A stretch of 64,000 bases of DNA from Gammaproteobacteria bacterium (lineage in GTDB: Bacteria; Pseudomonadota; Gammaproteobacteria; JABABF01): positions 1,476,807-1,540,806 of the forward strand of contig OZ244031.1 of the NCBI GenBank assembly GCA_965215045.1. The letters are read 5' to 3'. Below, piece by piece: positions 29,367-38,589 of the stretch; positions within the stretch are counted from its first letter, which is position 1, and every line of letters begins with the position of its first letter. The notes beneath the pieces were generated by a model. The model had not been told where the DNA came from, did no database searches, and saw only the letters and a list, made by a program, of their open reading frames with translations. The translations under genes were made by a program, and so were the position numbers.

Positions 29367-30505
29367 CAGGCGAACACCTCCCGGGCGATCGCCTCTTCCA
29401 GGTGCCGCGGCTCCCAGTGCATCAGTTGCAGGTGCTTGGCGCGGCGGTAATACAGCTGGGGGGAGGCCTCCAGGCTGAAACCCATGCCGCCGTGGAATTG
29501 CACGCCGGCGATCGCAGCCCGGTGAAAGGCCGTGCAGGCCTGCATTTTCGCCATTCGCGCCAATTGCAGTGCATCCCGCTCCCGACCGCAGGCCCAGGCC
29601 GCCTGGTAGACCAGGTAGCGTGCGCCTTCGATTTCCGTGGCGCATTCGGCCAGGCGATGGGCGACCGCCTGGAATGCGCCGATGGCCTGGCCGAACTGTC
29701 GCCGCTGCCGGACGTGTTCCAGGGTGAGTTCCAGGATGCGTGCGGCCCCGCCCGCCGCCTGGGCGGCCAGGGCGATTTGGGCTTCTGCTGCGGCCTGCTG
29801 CCACTGCAATGCACAATCGGCGCCGTCCAACACGGTGCTGGCATCCGCCCGCGCCTGGTCAAAGTGCACGGCGAACAGGTTCTGCCCGGCATGGTTGGGT
29901 TGCCGGCGCAGCGTGGCCTGTCCGGCGTCGACGATCAACGCCTGCGGGCGGCCCTCCAACTGCAGCAGGAGCAGGAAGCCGTCCGCGCTGTTGGCAAAGG
30001 GCGTCAGCACTTTTTCGCCGGAGAAGTGCAGCGTTTTTCCCCGGCGTTGCGCCCGCATCCCGAGTGCCTGCAACTCGGCGCCGGCACCGGCCTCCCGCCA
30101 GGCGGGGATCAGCAGCTTGTGTCCCGTGGCCAGTGCCGGCAGCCATTCCTCGCCTTGTTCCCGGCGGCCGGCCAGGGCCAGCAGGCGGGTCGCCAGCACG
30201 CTGGAGTCCAGGTGGGGGCAGGGTGCCAGGCTGCGTCCCAGCTCCTCGTGGACAATCGCGCATTCGATCATGCCCTGGCCCGTCCCGCTGTATTTTTCTT
30301 CGATCAGCAACCCGGCCAGCCCCAGGTGGCAGGCGGCCTCCCAGAAAGGGAGATCATAGCCCTGTTCCTCGGTCTCCAAGGCCCGCAGCCGGGCATCGGC
30401 GCAGTGTTCCCGGCACAGCCGGGCGACGGTCTCCCGCAGCAGTTTCTGCTCGGCGGAAAAGTCGAGGTCCACGGTGCGTTGCTCAGGCTTTCCGCCAGGG
30501 GGCAC
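29366..30505 (-). CDS. acyl-CoA dehydrogenase family protein (start uncertain, possibly GTG at 30472)
   Basis: DLDFSAEQKLLRETV... and C-terminal ...FHGGMGFSLEASPQLYYRRAK. Confidence 0.75.
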   Translation of the reverse strand: MPPGGKPEQRTVDLDFSAEQKLLRETVARLCREHCADARLRALETEEQGYDLPFWEAACHLGLAGLLIEEKYSGTGQGMIECAIVHEELGRSLAPCPHLDSSVLATRLLALAGRREQGEEWLPALATGHKLLIPAWREAGAGAELQALGMRAQRRGKTLHFSGEKVLTPFANSADGFLLLLQLEGRPQALIVDAGQATLRRQPNHAGQNLFAVHFDQARADASTVLDGADCALQWQQAAAEAQIALAAQAAGGAARILELTLEHVRQRRQFGQAIGAFQAVAHRLAECATEIEGARYLVYQAAWACGRERDALQLARMAKMQACTAFHRAAIAGVQFHGGMGFSLEASPQLYYRRAKHLQLMHWEPRHLEEAIAREVFA

Positions 30506-31148
30506 AGGCGGTCTCGACGACGCGCCGGATGTACTGCCGGCTCACCGGCAGGTGCATCATGCTCCAGCGCAGCTGCACCGGGCCCAGGCACAGGTCGGCG
30601 AGGAACTCGGGGTCCGCATCGCCGGTCAGCTCGCCCTGCGTCATGCCGGAGCGGATGATATCGATGACCGGTTGCCGGCGGGCCCGGACCAGGGGTGCCA
30701 GTGCCTCATCCAGTGCGGGGTTGTGCAGGCGCTCGGCCGCCAGTGCCGGCAGTACCCCGCCCAGGGGCGTCTCCTGCAGGAAGCGGGTGAATTGCCAGAT
30801 CATCTCCGCCAGGCGCTCCACGGTCTTGCCGTGACGCGGGATATCCAGGGGTGCGGTGCGTTCAAAGGCGGCGATGACCAGGTTTTCCTTGGTCGGCCAG
30901 CGCCGGTAGATGGTGGCCTTGCTGGCACCGGCCATGGCGGTGACCTTGTCCACGGTCACCGCGGCGTAGCCGCCGTGTGCCAGGAGTTCCAGCGTCGCCT
31001 CGAGGATGGCATCTTCGGAGGCCTGCCGCCGGGGACGCCCGCGCGGTCGTCTCCCGGCGTTCCGGGTACCTGGCCAGTTCGCCGCCCCGCTGCCGGACGG
31101 ACGCCCCCCGCTGCTGTCCTTGGAACGGGCCGGTGCGTTGGTGCTCAC
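30483..31148 (-). CDS. TetR-family transcriptional regulator embedded in the operon
   Basis: ILEATLELLAHGGYAAVTVDKVTAMAGASKATIYRRWPTKENL is a TetR HTH. The GTG start gives a GTGA overlap with the upstream ACAD stop. Confidence 0.75.
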   Translation of the reverse strand: MSTNAPARSKDSSGGRPSGSGAANWPGTRNAGRRPRGRPRRQASEDAILEATLELLAHGGYAAVTVDKVTAMAGASKATIYRRWPTKENLVIAAFERTAPLDIPRHGKTVERLAEMIWQFTRFLQETPLGGVLPALAAERLHNPALDEALAPLVRARRQPVIDIIRSGMTQGELTGDADPEFLADLCLGPVQLRWSMMHLPVSRQYIRRVVETACAPWRKA

Positions 31149-32329
31149 GGCGGCAGTTCCAGACCGCGACGGGCGATGATGTTTTTCTGGATCTCTGAAG
31201 TACCGCCGCCGATGGTATCCACCGCGGTGGCGCGCCAGGAGTGTTCCCACTTGCCGGCCGCGGGAGCATCCGCCGCCTCCTTGCGCAACAGGCCCATGGG
31301 GCCCAGGCAGTCCATGGCGAAATCCGCCAGCCGCCGCCCCCACTCGGTGCTGTAGAGCTTGTACATCGCGGCCTCCACGGTGGGCGTCCCGCCCTGCAGT
31401 GCCTGGGCGATGACCCGCCGATGCAGCATCCGCGCGGCTTCCAGCTCACAGGCCAGGGCCGCCATCCGGCTGCGAATCACCGGCAGCTCGCACAGCGGCT
31501 GCCCGTCGACCCGGGTGAGCTTGAGCAGTTCGGTCAGCGCCGCGAATTTCACCTCCAGCGGACTCACCGTGTAGAGGGTGAAACGCTCGTAATCCAGGGC
31601 CTCGCGAATGTAACTCCAGCCGTGATTTTCCTTGCCGACCAGGTAGTCCCGGTGCACCCGCACCGCGTCAAAAAACACCTGGTTGGTGCGATGTCCACCC
31701 ATGGTCTTCACCTCGCTGATGCTGAGGCCGGGGTGCTGCATGGGAATGAGAAACACGCTGATGCCGCGGTGCTTGGGGGCCCTGGCATCGGTGCGCGCCG
31801 CCACCCAGTACCAGTCGGCAAAATGGGCGGAGGTGGTCCACATTTTCTGGCCGTTCAGCACCCATTCCTCGCCGTCTTTCTCCGCCTTCAACTGCAATGC
31901 GGCCAGGTCGGAGCCGGCCCCGGGTTCGGAGTAGCCCAGGGCGAACTCGACCTCCGCATTCAGTATCTGCGGCAGGAATTCGCGCTTGAGTTTTTCCGAG
32001 CCGTGTGTGATCAGGGTCTTGCCGATGCAGCCGATGCCCTTGCCGATCAGGGGCGCGCCGACACGGGCCAACTCCTCGTTCAGCAGGTAGTCGCAGATCT
32101 CCTCCCGGCCCTGGCCGCCGTACTCGCGTTCCCAGGACATGCCGAGATAACCGGCATCGGCGAGCCGCCGGTTGAAAGCGCGGCGTGCCGGGCTGTCGGC
32201 CAGCATGGCATCCGCCTCGCGCTGCGGGGCAAACAGCTCCGCCGCATCCTCCCGCGTCTCCTGCTCCTCCAGGAACTGCCGCACCCCGGCAATAAAATGC
32301 TGTTCGGCGGGCGAGAACAGGAAATCCAC
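31145..32329 (-). CDS. acyl-CoA dehydrogenase family protein
   Basis: MDFLFSPAEQ..., GYSEPGAGSDLAAL, WTTSAHFADW and a C-terminal GGTSEIQKNIIA. Confidence 0.85.
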   Translation of the reverse strand: MDFLFSPAEQHFIAGVRQFLEEQETREDAAELFAPQREADAMLADSPARRAFNRRLADAGYLGMSWEREYGGQGREEICDYLLNEELARVGAPLIGKGIGCIGKTLITHGSEKLKREFLPQILNAEVEFALGYSEPGAGSDLAALQLKAEKDGEEWVLNGQKMWTTSAHFADWYWVAARTDARAPKHRGISVFLIPMQHPGLSISEVKTMGGHRTNQVFFDAVRVHRDYLVGKENHGWSYIREALDYERFTLYTVSPLEVKFAALTELLKLTRVDGQPLCELPVIRSRMAALACELEAARMLHRRVIAQALQGGTPTVEAAMYKLYSTEWGRRLADFAMDCLGPMGLLRKEAADAPAAGKWEHSWRATAVDTIGGGTSEIQKNIIARRGLELPP

Positions 32330-32332
32330 GGC

Positions 32333-32737
32333 TCAACTCTCCTGTATCAGTTCGACGGTATTGCCGTCGGCGTCCTCCACCTGGGCGACCTGTACGCCCG
32401 GGCGCAGTTCCCGCACCGGGGTCGTCAGCCGGAAACCCGCGGCTGTCACCCCGGCCACGAGCTCCTCCAAGCGGTGCACGTACAGACACAGGTAGCGGAT
32501 ACCAGTCTGGCTGGCGAAACCCGCGCGGCTGCCCTCCAGGGCGGGTCCTTCCAGGGGTGTGAAAATGCGCAGCGTGGATTGCCCCACCCGGTAGCGGCGC
32601 ACCCGCCCGTGCCCGGGAATTTCCACTTCCCCGTCCAGGGGCAGGCCCAGGGTCTCGCCATAAAAGCGGTGGGCGGCCTCCGGGTCCCGGGTGACAATCC
32701 CGGCATCCAGCAGCGGTTTCTGCAGTTTCACGCTCAT
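32333..32737 (-). CDS. VOC/glyoxalase-family protein
   Basis: A 134-aa protein with a bleomycin-resistance/glyoxalase-like pattern (FYGETLGL..., DADGNTVEL). Confidence 0.6.
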   Translation of the reverse strand: MSVKLQKPLLDAGIVTRDPEAAHRFYGETLGLPLDGEVEIPGHGRVRRYRVGQSTLRIFTPLEGPALEGSRAGFASQTGIRYLCLYVHRLEELVAGVTAAGFRLTTPVRELRPGVQVAQVEDADGNTVELIQES

Positions 32738-33693
32738 ACGCCTTGCTCCCGGCCCGCATGTTCTGCGGCAATGGTATCCGCTTCCAGGCCCCGGTGCCCC
32801 CAGAGGTCGCCGCCCACGAATTCGTGGGGCGTCCAGTTTTCATCGACCCGCCGGCCATCGCAGCCGATTTCCACTTCGAAGCCCGAGGGACTCTGCATGT
32901 AAAAGGAAAACATGTTGTCATTGGCGTGCCGGCCCAGCGTCGACGTAATGCGGATGCCCGCGTCCTGGACGCGCTCCAGGCACTGGCAGACCATGTCGAC
33001 GCTGGCCGCCTCCAGCATCAGGTGATGCAGGCCCGCGAGTTCGCCCATTTTGAGCAGCCCGATGCTGTGGTGCCGCGCATTGCAGTGAAAGAAGTTGGCC
33101 GAGTCCTGTGCCCCGAAGCGGATGTAGTCCGTGAGGCGGAAGCCCAGCACCCGGGTGTAAAAATCCCGCGCCGCAGCCAGCGGTGCGGCAAACAGGTTGA
33201 GATGCCCCAGTCCCAGGTTGCCGGCCACGAAAGACATGTGCAGGGGCGAGACATAGCGGCGGTCGATGACCGGACCGTAGAACAGCTCGATGGCATTGCC
33301 CATCGGGTCGCGCGTGCCCACCAGGCCGGTCACAGAGCGTGCCCGGGCCCGCTCCCCGGTGTCCGTTTCCACGGGCGCACCGGCCCTGTGCAATTCTTCG
33401 GCCGCCGCCTCCAGTGCCGCTTGGCCCGCCACCTCCAGCCCCAGGTACAACAACCCGGGGGCCGCATCGCCCGCGGGATGCACCGCGATGCGCCACTGCC
33501 AGTCGTCCATCTTCAGGTAGACGCTGCCGTCTGCTGCGATGCCATCGCCGGCACTGGCGGACCCGACTTCATCCCGGTCCTCCCCGGGGCAGTTGCAGGC
33601 CGGCATCAGGCCCAGGATCTGTGTTGCGTACTCCAGCCATGCCGCCGTCTCCGGGGCGGCAAATCCCGCGTATCCCAGGCTGCGAATCTTCAT
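32734..33693 (-). CDS. type I extradiol ring-cleavage dioxygenase (BphC/HsaC-like)
   Basis: MKIRSLGYAGFAAPE...W..YA.QILGL, a two-VOC-module architecture, HHSIGL and HANDNMFSFYM. Confidence 0.75.
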   Translation of the reverse strand: MKIRSLGYAGFAAPETAAWLEYATQILGLMPACNCPGEDRDEVGSASAGDGIAADGSVYLKMDDWQWRIAVHPAGDAAPGLLYLGLEVAGQAALEAAAEELHRAGAPVETDTGERARARSVTGLVGTRDPMGNAIELFYGPVIDRRYVSPLHMSFVAGNLGLGHLNLFAAPLAAARDFYTRVLGFRLTDYIRFGAQDSANFFHCNARHHSIGLLKMGELAGLHHLMLEAASVDMVCQCLERVQDAGIRITSTLGRHANDNMFSFYMQSPSGFEVEIGCDGRRVDENWTPHEFVGGDLWGHRGLEADTIAAEHAGREQGV

Positions 33694-34115
33694 GGTGTCC
33701 CGTTTTCCAGCGGCCCGGGCATCTCCAGTGCCACCACCTCTTCGACCACCATGCGTATCACCACGCGCTCATCTCCCGGGCCGTCAAAAGGATACTCGTC
33801 CACGCCGATAAACTTCTGCGACATCTGGTTGGCCCGTTTGCGTCCCGGGTCGTCTTCGACCACGCCCCGGCCGCGCAATTCCAGGTAATGCTCCGGCCGT
33901 TCCGGGTGCATGATCGACAGGCTCATGCGGTCGTCCCGTTCCAGGTTGCGCACCTTCTTTCGCGCGCGCAGCGTGCTGAACCAGACCGTCTCATCGGTCC
34001 ACATCACGCACACCGGGTGCACGCTGATCCGCCCGTCCGGCAGCAGGGTCGCCACGTGCCCGAAGCACAGGGCCTCCAGGATATCCCGGTGTGTTTCAGG
34101 AATGTTCGCACTCAT
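33690..34115 (-). CDS. pyridoxamine 5'-phosphate oxidase-like (PPOX/F420-type split-barrel) protein
   Basis: FGHVATLLPDGRISVHPVCVMW.DETVWFST....KVRNLERD.R.SL. Confidence 0.6.
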   Translation of the reverse strand: MSANIPETHRDILEALCFGHVATLLPDGRISVHPVCVMWTDETVWFSTLRARKKVRNLERDDRMSLSIMHPERPEHYLELRGRGVVEDDPGRKRANQMSQKFIGVDEYPFDGPGDERVVIRMVVEEVVALEMPGPLENGTP

Positions 34116-34227
34116 ATCTTGGCTCCGCTGGAAATTCTTCGCCGCATGCGCGGCAGTTTCACATCCCCGTCCCGGGTGCACACCGCCGCTGCCGGTGACG
34201 CCCCGGGTGCTGCAAAGGCCTTTTCTC

Positions 34228-35424
34228 TCATCGGCAGCGCACCCGCACCGGAACCCGGATAAACCCCGAGAGATGTTCCCAGAACACCCGCTCACAGTGC
34301 TCCTCCAACAACTCGTAATCTTCGATCGACCGGAACAATTCCGTCAGCACGGTCACTGCGCCCATGGTCGCCAGGTGCATGCCCAGGCATTTGTGCCCGC
34401 CGGCGCCGTACGTGAGATCGCGTTTGTATTCCCGGAAAATGTCGAACACCTCCGGGTCCTGGAACTCCTCTTCATCCCGGTTGGCAGAGGCGTAGATATA
34501 GAGCAGGTTCTGTCCCGCCCGGATCTGCCGGCCGCCCAGTGCGAAATCATTGACTGCGCGCCGGCACAGCATGTTGGTGGGCTGGTCATAGCGGCAGGTT
34601 TCAAAGTACAGCTTGGATGCCAGGGAGGGGTCTGCCAGCACCTGTTCCTTGAGGGCGGGGTCCCGGGCCAGGTAATAGACCGCGCCGGCACAAGCCATGG
34701 GCGTGGTTTCCGAACCCAGGATCAGGAAACTCATCATCAGTTGAACCAGGCCCTCGTCGTCGAGACTCTCGCCATCGATCTCGGCATTCATGTAGGCGGC
34801 GGTGTGACCGCTGGCCAGTTGCGGGCGGGCGCGCAGTTCCCGGACGCGCTGGAACAGGCGGCCGCCCAGCTCCTCCGCCGCCTTGCGATTGCGCGCAGAG
34901 CCGCCGCCCACCTGGCCCGGTTCGCGGTGCACCATGTCGTCGATCAGGGCGCGAAACCGGGCGGCTTCCTCTTCGGGCAGGCCCAGGTTGTACCCCGAGT
35001 TGAGACAGAAGACGCGGTTGGCGTAGTCGCCGTACACATCGAACTCGCCCCGTTCCAGCAAGGGCTTCAGCACCTTCCGCACCAGCTTGCGAAACCGCTC
35101 CCGCTGGGTGCGCACCCCGGCGGGGGCGTATTCCTTGCGCACCACCTTGCGCCATTTCCTGTGGGCCGGCGCATCCATGGTGGCGAACGACCGGAGTAAT
35201 GGTTCTCCCAACAGCAGTTGCCCCGGGGTCTGCCCGGCAGTGAAAGTGACGTCTTTTTCGTGTCGCATGCTGGCCTCCCAGACATCCGCAAAGCGCGTCA
35301 GTGCCCAGGCGTTGTATTTCTCGATGAAATGCGGGCCGCCCTCTGCGCGCATGGCCGCATACAGGGGAAACGGGTCGCGCATGGCGGCCTCCGAGTAGGG
35401 ATCGTAATCGATGGGGGCGTGCAT
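34228..35424 (-). CDS. cytochrome P450
   Basis: A heme-thiolate loop FGAGGHKCLGMHLA, an I-helix LILGSETT and EXXR (ETCR). Confidence 0.9.
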   Translation of the reverse strand: MHAPIDYDPYSEAAMRDPFPLYAAMRAEGGPHFIEKYNAWALTRFADVWEASMRHEKDVTFTAGQTPGQLLLGEPLLRSFATMDAPAHRKWRKVVRKEYAPAGVRTQRERFRKLVRKVLKPLLERGEFDVYGDYANRVFCLNSGYNLGLPEEEAARFRALIDDMVHREPGQVGGGSARNRKAAEELGGRLFQRVRELRARPQLASGHTAAYMNAEIDGESLDDEGLVQLMMSFLILGSETTPMACAGAVYYLARDPALKEQVLADPSLASKLYFETCRYDQPTNMLCRRAVNDFALGGRQIRAGQNLLYIYASANRDEEEFQDPEVFDIFREYKRDLTYGAGGHKCLGMHLATMGAVTVLTELFRSIEDYELLEEHCERVFWEHLSGFIRVPVRVRCR

Positions 35425-35615
35425 CAGCCGTATACGATACTATCAGTACCCGTTTTATATGCGGGGAACGGCAGGGCTGTCAACGCCCGGGTTCTTATGC
35501 TGCCCGGGGGCGGGGGCTCTCCCCCGGGTGTTCTGCCGCGACAGACAAGACCAGGGAACGCAACCAGTACCGCCAGCGTTGCGGGGACTGGCGCCGGTTT
35601 GCGGGTTTGGAAACC

Positions 35616-35702
35616 TGGTGCCCAGGAGAGGACTCGAACCTCCACGGCCGCGAAGCCACTGGCACCTGAAGCCAGCGTGTATACCAATTTCACCACCTGG
35701 GC
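35616..35702 (-). tRNA. tRNA-Leu (anticodon CAG), type II with long variable arm, CCA encoded
   Basis: The reverse complement is GCCCAGGTGGTGAAATTGGTATACACGCTGGCTTCAGGTGCCAGTGGCTTCGCGGCCGTGGAGGTTCGAGTCCTCTCCTGGGCACCA. I folded the cloverleaf by hand: 7-bp acceptor stem, anticodon loop TTCAGGT, T-loop TTCGAGT. Confidence 0.9.
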
Positions 35703-35786
35703 AGGAAGTGGAGTGCGGGACTCCGAACAGGGCGCAAAATTCTATGAAGGGCCGCCCCGGTTGTCAATTTTGCCGGCGCGCCCCGT

Positions 35787-35912
35787 TAAGGCTGCATGGC
35801 TAAGATTGCATGGTCAAGGCTGCATGGCTAAGATTGCATGGTCAAGACTGCATGGCTAAGATTGCATGGTCAAGACTGCATGGCTAAGACTGCATGGTCA
35901 AGACTGCATTGT
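35787..35912. repeat. 14-bp minisatellite, about 9 units (TAAG[GA][CT]TGCATGG[CT])
   Basis: Direct reading: taaggctgcatggc taagattgcatggtc aaggctgcatggc taagattgcatggtc aagactgcatggc ... aagactgcattgtg. Confidence 0.85.
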
Positions 35913-36023
35913 GAACTTGTGCCGGGGATACCGCCGGGGATGCGGCCCCGTCCAGCCAGTGGCATGGATGCGGCGGCCGGCTTTGTAAGATAAAGTAATA
36001 CAGATTTTTGGCAGGCAATTCCC

Positions 36024-37013
36024 ATGACACAACTCAACGCAGACTGGACCCATCACTATGCGGAGATTAATGGCATTCGGGCGCATTACGTAGAGCAGGG
36101 CCCCGCAGACGGAGCACCGGTGGTGTTTTGTCACGGTTTTCCCATGCTCTGGTTCAGCTGGCACCGGCAGATCCCGGCACTGGCGGCGGCGGGCTTCCGG
36201 GTGATCGCCCCGTCCATGCGCGGCATGGGCAAGGCGGGGGCCCCGGACGATCCCGAACTGTACAGCGTCGACGCCATTACCGCCGACCTGCTGGGATTGC
36301 TGGACCACTGCGGCATCGAACAGGCGGTTTTTGTCGGCATCGACTTCGGTGCTTTCGCCATCCAGGATTTCGCCCTGCGCCATCGCGAGCGCGTGCGCGG
36401 CATCATCTGCCTGGAAAACCCGGCGGCACCGCACGACCCGGAGAAACCGCCATTGACCGGGTACCGGGAAATGGGCGAGAAACATTTTCTGCATATCGAA
36501 TACTTCCGGGTACCGCCCCGGGCCGACCGGGAACTGGCGGCCGCACCGCGGGAGTTCCTGCGCAAGGTGATGTGGATCCTGAGCGGGGCGGCGAACTATT
36601 TCGACTGCTTCAAGCACCCGCCGGGCACCAGTTATATCGACGCCATGGCCGAGACGCCGCCCCTGCCCTGGCCCTGGTTGAGTGAACTGGAACTGGAATT
36701 CTTTGTTTCCGAGTACTCGCAGTCCGGTTTTACCGGTGGCTTGAATTGGTATCGTTCCATGGATATCAAGTGGGAACAGCGCCGACCGTTCGAAGGCGTG
36801 CAAAGCGATGTTTCGGCATGGTTCATCGGCAGCGAGAATGATGTGGATCTCCAAGGGTTTCACGGCGAAGACCCGATCGGCCAGATGCGCGCCATCTTTC
36901 CCAACCTGGAAGAGGTGCAGATGATTCCCAACGTGGGACACATGATGCCGCTGGAGGCATCTGGGCAGCTCAACACCATACTGCTGGATTACCTGGGACG
37001 TATCCCGCATTGA
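36024..37013 (+). CDS. alpha/beta hydrolase (epoxide-hydrolase-like)
   Basis: INGIRAHYVEQGPADGAPVVFCHGFPMLWFSWHRQIPALAAAGFRVIAPSMRGMG, nucleophile elbow GIDFGA, and a C-terminal GHMMPLE. Confidence 0.8.
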   Translation: MTQLNADWTHHYAEINGIRAHYVEQGPADGAPVVFCHGFPMLWFSWHRQIPALAAAGFRVIAPSMRGMGKAGAPDDPELYSVDAITADLLGLLDHCGIEQAVFVGIDFGAFAIQDFALRHRERVRGIICLENPAAPHDPEKPPLTGYREMGEKHFLHIEYFRVPPRADRELAAAPREFLRKVMWILSGAANYFDCFKHPPGTSYIDAMAETPPLPWPWLSELELEFFVSEYSQSGFTGGLNWYRSMDIKWEQRRPFEGVQSDVSAWFIGSENDVDLQGFHGEDPIGQMRAIFPNLEEVQMIPNVGHMMPLEASGQLNTILLDYLGRIPH

Positions 37014-37041
37014 AACCCCGGTATCCGCGGGAACTCAGCTT

Positions 37042-38538
37042 ATGCCGGATGATGAATCGAAACAGGCCGCCGGCGTTCCCCATGTCTGCTTCCTCTTGGA
37101 CGGGATGTCCATGGGGGGCGTTCAGACATGGACAATTACCCTTGTCCGGAGACTCTTGGCGGAAGGATACAAGGTGGACTTGGTGCATTTAAGAAAGGGC
37201 GGCACGATGTTGCACCGGGTCCCCGGCGAAGTGCGCACCATGCATCTCCATGGAGTGCGCCCGCCGGCACGGGTTTCGGTCTTCGGTGCCATCATCCGCT
37301 TTTTCTTCATTACCGGTCTTTACCCGTTTTACCTGGTTCTTCGATTGGCACGCAGGGCCTCTGGCAGGGGGGGGGGGGGGGGGCGTCCTGCCCGGGAGGC
37401 GGAGAATACAAGGATGGAGAGATGGACACTGTATGCTCCACGTTATATTGCCTCTTTTTTTACCGCCGCCGCCCTGCGCTCCTTTTGGCGGGCCTGGAAA
37501 TTCAACCGGCGTTGTGTCCGCCCGCAATCCCCGGCTGGGGCCCTGCCTCTCGGTCGAGTGGCGTATTTTTCAGCCTGTGCTTCACTGGTCGCCAGCTACA
37601 TGGAACAAGAGAAACCCGATGTCGTGTACTCGGCCTGGGGAACGGCCAATATCGTGGCCCTTCTGGACCGGGCCGAGTCCAGGCATAAGCCGCGCCTGGT
37701 GGTTTCTCTGCGTCGTTCTTTTGACAATAACCCCTGGAGGAAAATGAAATTTACATTGATGTTTCATTTTATTTCAGAGGCGGATGCAGTGCATGCCGTC
37801 TCCCGGGGAGTAGCGGATGAGGCGGTCCGGGAATACGGTATAGCCCGTGAAAAAATTCTTTCCGTGTACAACCCGGCATTTCACAGCGAGATTCCGCACT
37901 TGAAACGACAGCCGTGCGCGCACTCGTGGATTGCAGAGAAGGGTGAAGAAAAAACGATCCTGTGGGTGGGAAAGTTGGTTTTGCACAAAGACCCAGCCAC
38001 CATGCTGCATGCTTTCCGGCTGCTTGCGGAGCGTCGGAACGCGCGCTTGATCATGTTGGGGATGGAGGTGAAAGCGGGATCGGTGTCGAATCTGATCAGG
38101 GAATGGGATGCCCCGGTCCGGGACCGGGTGTTCCTGCAAGCTTACGTGGAAAACCCTTATTCCTGGATGGCGGGTGCCGATGTGCTGGTTCTCACTTCAA
38201 AATCAGAGGGTTTGCCCAACGTTCTGATCGAAGCGATGGCCTGCGGCTGCCCGGTGGTGAGCACCGACTGTCCCCACGGACCGCGGGAGATCCTGGAAGA
38301 TGGGTGCTGGGGCCGGTTGACGCCGGTAGGGGATGCCGGGGCACTGGTAGACGCCATCGAGGCCACGCTGGAGGATCCGCCCGCCGCGGAGGAGTTGATC
38401 GCCCGGGCCATGGATTTCTCCGAGGAGCGGCTCATGCCGCAACTCATGGAGATGCTGGGATTGCCTGGCAAGCGGCAATCCGGGGATGAAACATTTTCCT
38501 CCGCCCCTTCATCGTTCGTCTCAGTGCCCCCGGCATAG
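37042..38538 (+). CDS. GT4-family glycosyltransferase, copy 1 (contains in-frame G17 tract)
   Basis: The C-terminal half shows ...ILWVGKLVLHKDP...SEGLPNVLIEAMACGCPVVSTDCPHGPREIL (the GT-B E-x7-E region). It aligns end to end with copy 2. Confidence 0.8.
   Translation: MPDDESKQAAGVPHVCFLLDGMSMGGVQTWTITLVRRLLAEGYKVDLVHLRKGGTMLHRVPGEVRTMHLHGVRPPARVSVFGAIIRFFFITGLYPFYLVLRLARRASGRGGGGGRPAREAENTRMERWTLYAPRYIASFFTAAALRSFWRAWKFNRRCVRPQSPAGALPLGRVAYFSACASLVASYMEQEKPDVVYSAWGTANIVALLDRAESRHKPRLVVSLRRSFDNNPWRKMKFTLMFHFISEADAVHAVSRGVADEAVREYGIAREKILSVYNPAFHSEIPHLKRQPCAHSWIAEKGEEKTILWVGKLVLHKDPATMLHAFRLLAERRNARLIMLGMEVKAGSVSNLIREWDAPVRDRVFLQAYVENPYSWMAGADVLVLTSKSEGLPNVLIEAMACGCPVVSTDCPHGPREILEDGCWGRLTPVGDAGALVDAIEATLEDPPAAEELIARAMDFSEERLMPQLMEMLGLPGKRQSGDETFSSAPSSFVSVPPA
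37367..37383 (+). repeat. homopolymeric G17 tract inside glycosyltransferase copy 1
   Basis: Counted directly: ctggca + 17 g + cgtcctg. It encodes GRGGGGGRP. The paralog has only G5 (GRGRP) at this position. Confidence 0.9.
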
Positions 38539-38589
38539 CGGGGCGTAGTCATTGTCGTTGTACAGCCATATTTGCAGGGAACTCAGCTT

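Noticed and set aside
35425-36023. An integrase or a duplicated tRNA 3' end marking a classical tRNA-linked genomic island
   Set aside because: No tyrosine or serine recombinase ORF lies anywhere between the tRNA and pepP. I also saw no second copy of the tRNA-Leu 3' segment downstream.
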